In this document: piece by piece, positions 61,407-64,000 of the stretch | Position numbering within the stretch: the stretch's first letter is position 1 | Layout of the letters: every line of letters starts with the position of its first letter | Source of the DNA: Paraspadella gotoi | Taxonomy: Eukaryota > Animalia > Chaetognatha | Direction of reading: 5' to 3' | DNA: 64,000 bases | Assembly (NCBI GenBank): GCA_051294375.1 | Contig: CM119267.1 | Location: forward strand, 26,515,343-26,579,342 | Notes under the pieces: generated by a model | The model's database searches: none | Seen by the model: only the letters and a program-made list of their open reading frames with translations | Told to the model about the DNA's origin: nothing | Translations under genes and position numbers: made by a program

Positions 61407-62976
61407 GTTGAAGTTGTTGTATAAAGCAACTTCATCTACCCCGTGAACCAAATCCGATGATACAAAAGAAACCACTGCCATACTTTACTGAGTTGAGATA
61501 GACTCAATCATACACTGTTTTTTTTAACCTTGCAGTCGAAAATTTTCACAATCCTGTACAGTTACTAGTATAATTTTAAGTGCTTAAAACGATTAACAAG
61601 GTGTCGTCAATCAGATTTTGCATTAGACCTACGCACAATTTACCGGAAGTTGGCGTGGACTACAATATGGAATTTTTTGTTTTACTATAAATGGAAAGTT
61701 AGGCAGTTGTTTTTTACTTATCCTGCAATTAGTATAATTATTTAATAAGTAGTACTTAGACAAAAAAGGTTCAAAAAAGGGTTTTCATCAATAGTGGGCG
61801 TGTCCTAAACCAGAAATAGTGCTCGATAATTAATTAAATATGTATTATTAAAAGTTTTTGATCTGTTCTGACTGCTAATGGTTTTTTACTGTTATATGAC
61901 AGCTTTATAACTAAGGATTATCATCCATATCATAAAAAATCCTATCATATTTATCAATTATTACATCTTAAAAAGATTCGTTTTTTAATAGCCAAAGGAC
62001 TTTTAACTTTAACTGTAAATATTTAAAATTTCATTTCAATTTTATTCAATTAATGAGACTTTTTAATTTAATTCCTGGTTTTAATTTTTAATACCTTTTA
62101 CTAATTTAATTTTTTTCATCAGTATTTTTTTTACTGGCATTCCATTTTTTTGCTAAAAAACTATAGCCGGAAGTTAGACCCTTTTTTCATAAAGTTTTAT
62201 GTAAATCTTTAGAAGGAATACCCTATTTTTAAGTTTTTCCAGGTGAAGGAGAAGAGAAACAATATCCATGCATCAAAAAGTTAATCAGATTCATAATTTT
62301 CTTTTCTTTTCCTTAAAAAAAACCTTTAATGCAGCAATAAAAAAATTATCATTTATACCATTATGTGAAATCCTTTCTTTCGTCTCGTTTTTGAATTAGA
62401 AAGAGTTTGAAGTAGTTCAAGTAACAATTTTCTTCTTTGAACAGTGAAAATGTTGTTTTTTTTCAATATCTATCTCTTTCTCTCTCTGGCCTAAACCTAA
62501 CCTGTCTTCACCTTGACCTCTATCCTTTTCTCAAATCTTTGTTGAAATTTTTTCCCCCTCTCTTTCTCTCTCTTTTTCTCTCTCTCTCTTCCCTTACTCT
62601 CACCTAATTCTCACTCACTCTTCATTTCTCTCCTCTCTCTCCCAAATATTTCTTGTGAAGTAAAAATCTGTTGACAATTCATAAATGTGGATGAAGACTT
62701 GAATTAAAATCTGATACGAATATAAGATCAGTTTTAATTAGCTGTATAAACTTTTTTAATTAGTTTTTTTTCTATTTAGTTTCATTTAACTTTAGTCCCA
62801 AGGGTTTTCGAAGTAAGACAACTCTTATTCAAACCTTATCAAGTTTCATTATAATAAATAATACAGCAATATAAAATTATTAAATATTTTATTGGTTTGA
62901 CAAGGAATAACAAATATTTAGTTCATTTTTATTACTTTCATGCTAATATTTTGATTCTCTCTCTCTCTACCTGACT

Positions 62977-63480
62977 TTTTAGTCGGATCTGCTTATCAGC
63001 AGATCCTGACTCTATAATTCACTTTGTTGGTCCGTCGGTCCGCCCCCTCAATATTGTTGGGCACTAACTTATATCATGTCAGAACATCGAATTATGATAA
63101 ATTATGCAAAAAAAATGATGTCCGTCCGTCTGTCTGTCCGTCCCTCCGTCCGTCCGTCCCACCTTAGCAAAAAACACCAATTACTCGTGATTGTATGGAT
63201 GGATTTGAATGAAATTTTGTGTTTGGGTAGGGAAGGTGTGTGATTGAGCTGGATATGAAGTTTCGATGAAAAATGTGAAAAATTTGAATACTACCAAAAG
63301 TGTTCCGAATTACCCCGCACTACCCTAATTTTCTTTGATAGCTCACGGTTCTTTTTATAGGAGGAAAAAGTTGAATATAAATTTAAAATTAATTATTACA
63401 TATTAAAATTAATTAATTAATTAATCGATTAATTAATTAATTATTGTAGGCAGATCCGACATTGTTTGCTCAAACTTGTT
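62977..63480 (+). mobile_element. Short DINE-1/HINE-like copy
   Basis: Both termini and the (GTCC)n tract are present. Confidence 0.75.
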
Positions 63481-63713
63481 TTTTAAATACGAGTTTTCAG
63501 CAGATTTGATAACTTTTGTACTAATTTTGCAAAATATAGACTCAATTCAAACATCTTTATGTGAAACGATATCAGTAAACCGAGAGCTTTAATTTAAGAC
63601 CACTCCCAACTTTCTCCGACTTTTGGTTAAAAAGTTATTAATCAAAATATATTATTTTTTCTTTAAAAAAGTAATGAAATGGTGAGTATTATTGAGAATA
63701 TAATAAGCCTTTG

Positions 63714-63920
63714 TGGTGGACTAAAATCCACCAACCGTTCATCAGCGGCCATTGGTGCCGGAGGCAAGTCATTCGCCTCCCAACCCAAAGGTCCGGGGTT
63801 CTAGCCCGGTGGTTGTCTGGCAGTTAAGAGGGACGGGGCGCTTAACCCGCCTGTAACTCGGTGTTACAGCCTGATCCGAAGCTCAGGGACTGCTTATATT
63901 GAACGGTTCTGTCACTAACA
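63714..63920 (+). mobile_element. ~205-bp hairpin/subTIR/tRNA-head/twister repeat (copy 2)
   Basis: Perfect hairpin tggtgga-ctaaaa-tccacca; same boundaries as copy 1. Confidence 0.85.
63819..63894 (+). ncRNA. Twister ribozyme, type P5 permutation (family 1, copy 2)
   Basis: ggcaguu-aa-gagg-GACG-gggcgcu-U^AA-ccc-GCC-[uguaac ucggu guuaca]-g-ccuga-UCCGAAGC-ucagg-gacugcu; predicted cleavage at 63843/63844. Confidence 0.75.
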
Positions 63921-64000
63921 CAACAATTATCATTGTCTCTTCATTGTCTCTTCATTCATCAATTTAAAAAACATAAAAAACGCACCCAGCAAAAACCCAC

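Overview
AT-rich, repeat-dense animal (invertebrate-like) genomic DNA with spliceosomal introns and two N gaps. Host genes: an animal heme peroxidase (+, ~14.3-18.9 kb) and the 3' exons of an M1 aminopeptidase (-, ~19.5-24.1 kb), both heavily frameshifted, probably from raw-read errors. These are followed by the last two exons of NAF1 and, under 300 nt downstream, ten clean exons of ERCC6/CSB (34.4-61.4 kb, continuing out of the window). The rest is mobile DNA: four tyrosine-recombinase (DIRS-order) retrotransposon copies, Penelope remnants with hammerhead motifs, DINE-1/HINE-like elements, MITEs and minisatellites. Three observations stand out. (1) Three apparent circularly permuted (type P5) twister ribozymes from two unrelated repeat families show covarying pseudoknot bases; two sit behind a tRNA-like Pol III head in a ~205-bp element with Helentron-like termini. 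(2) Two DIRS elements carry their internal complementary region 5' of gag, inside a putative intron. (3) One YR retrotransposon appears to make Gag and RT by splicing and alternative polyadenylation. All calls are by eye; no searches were run.
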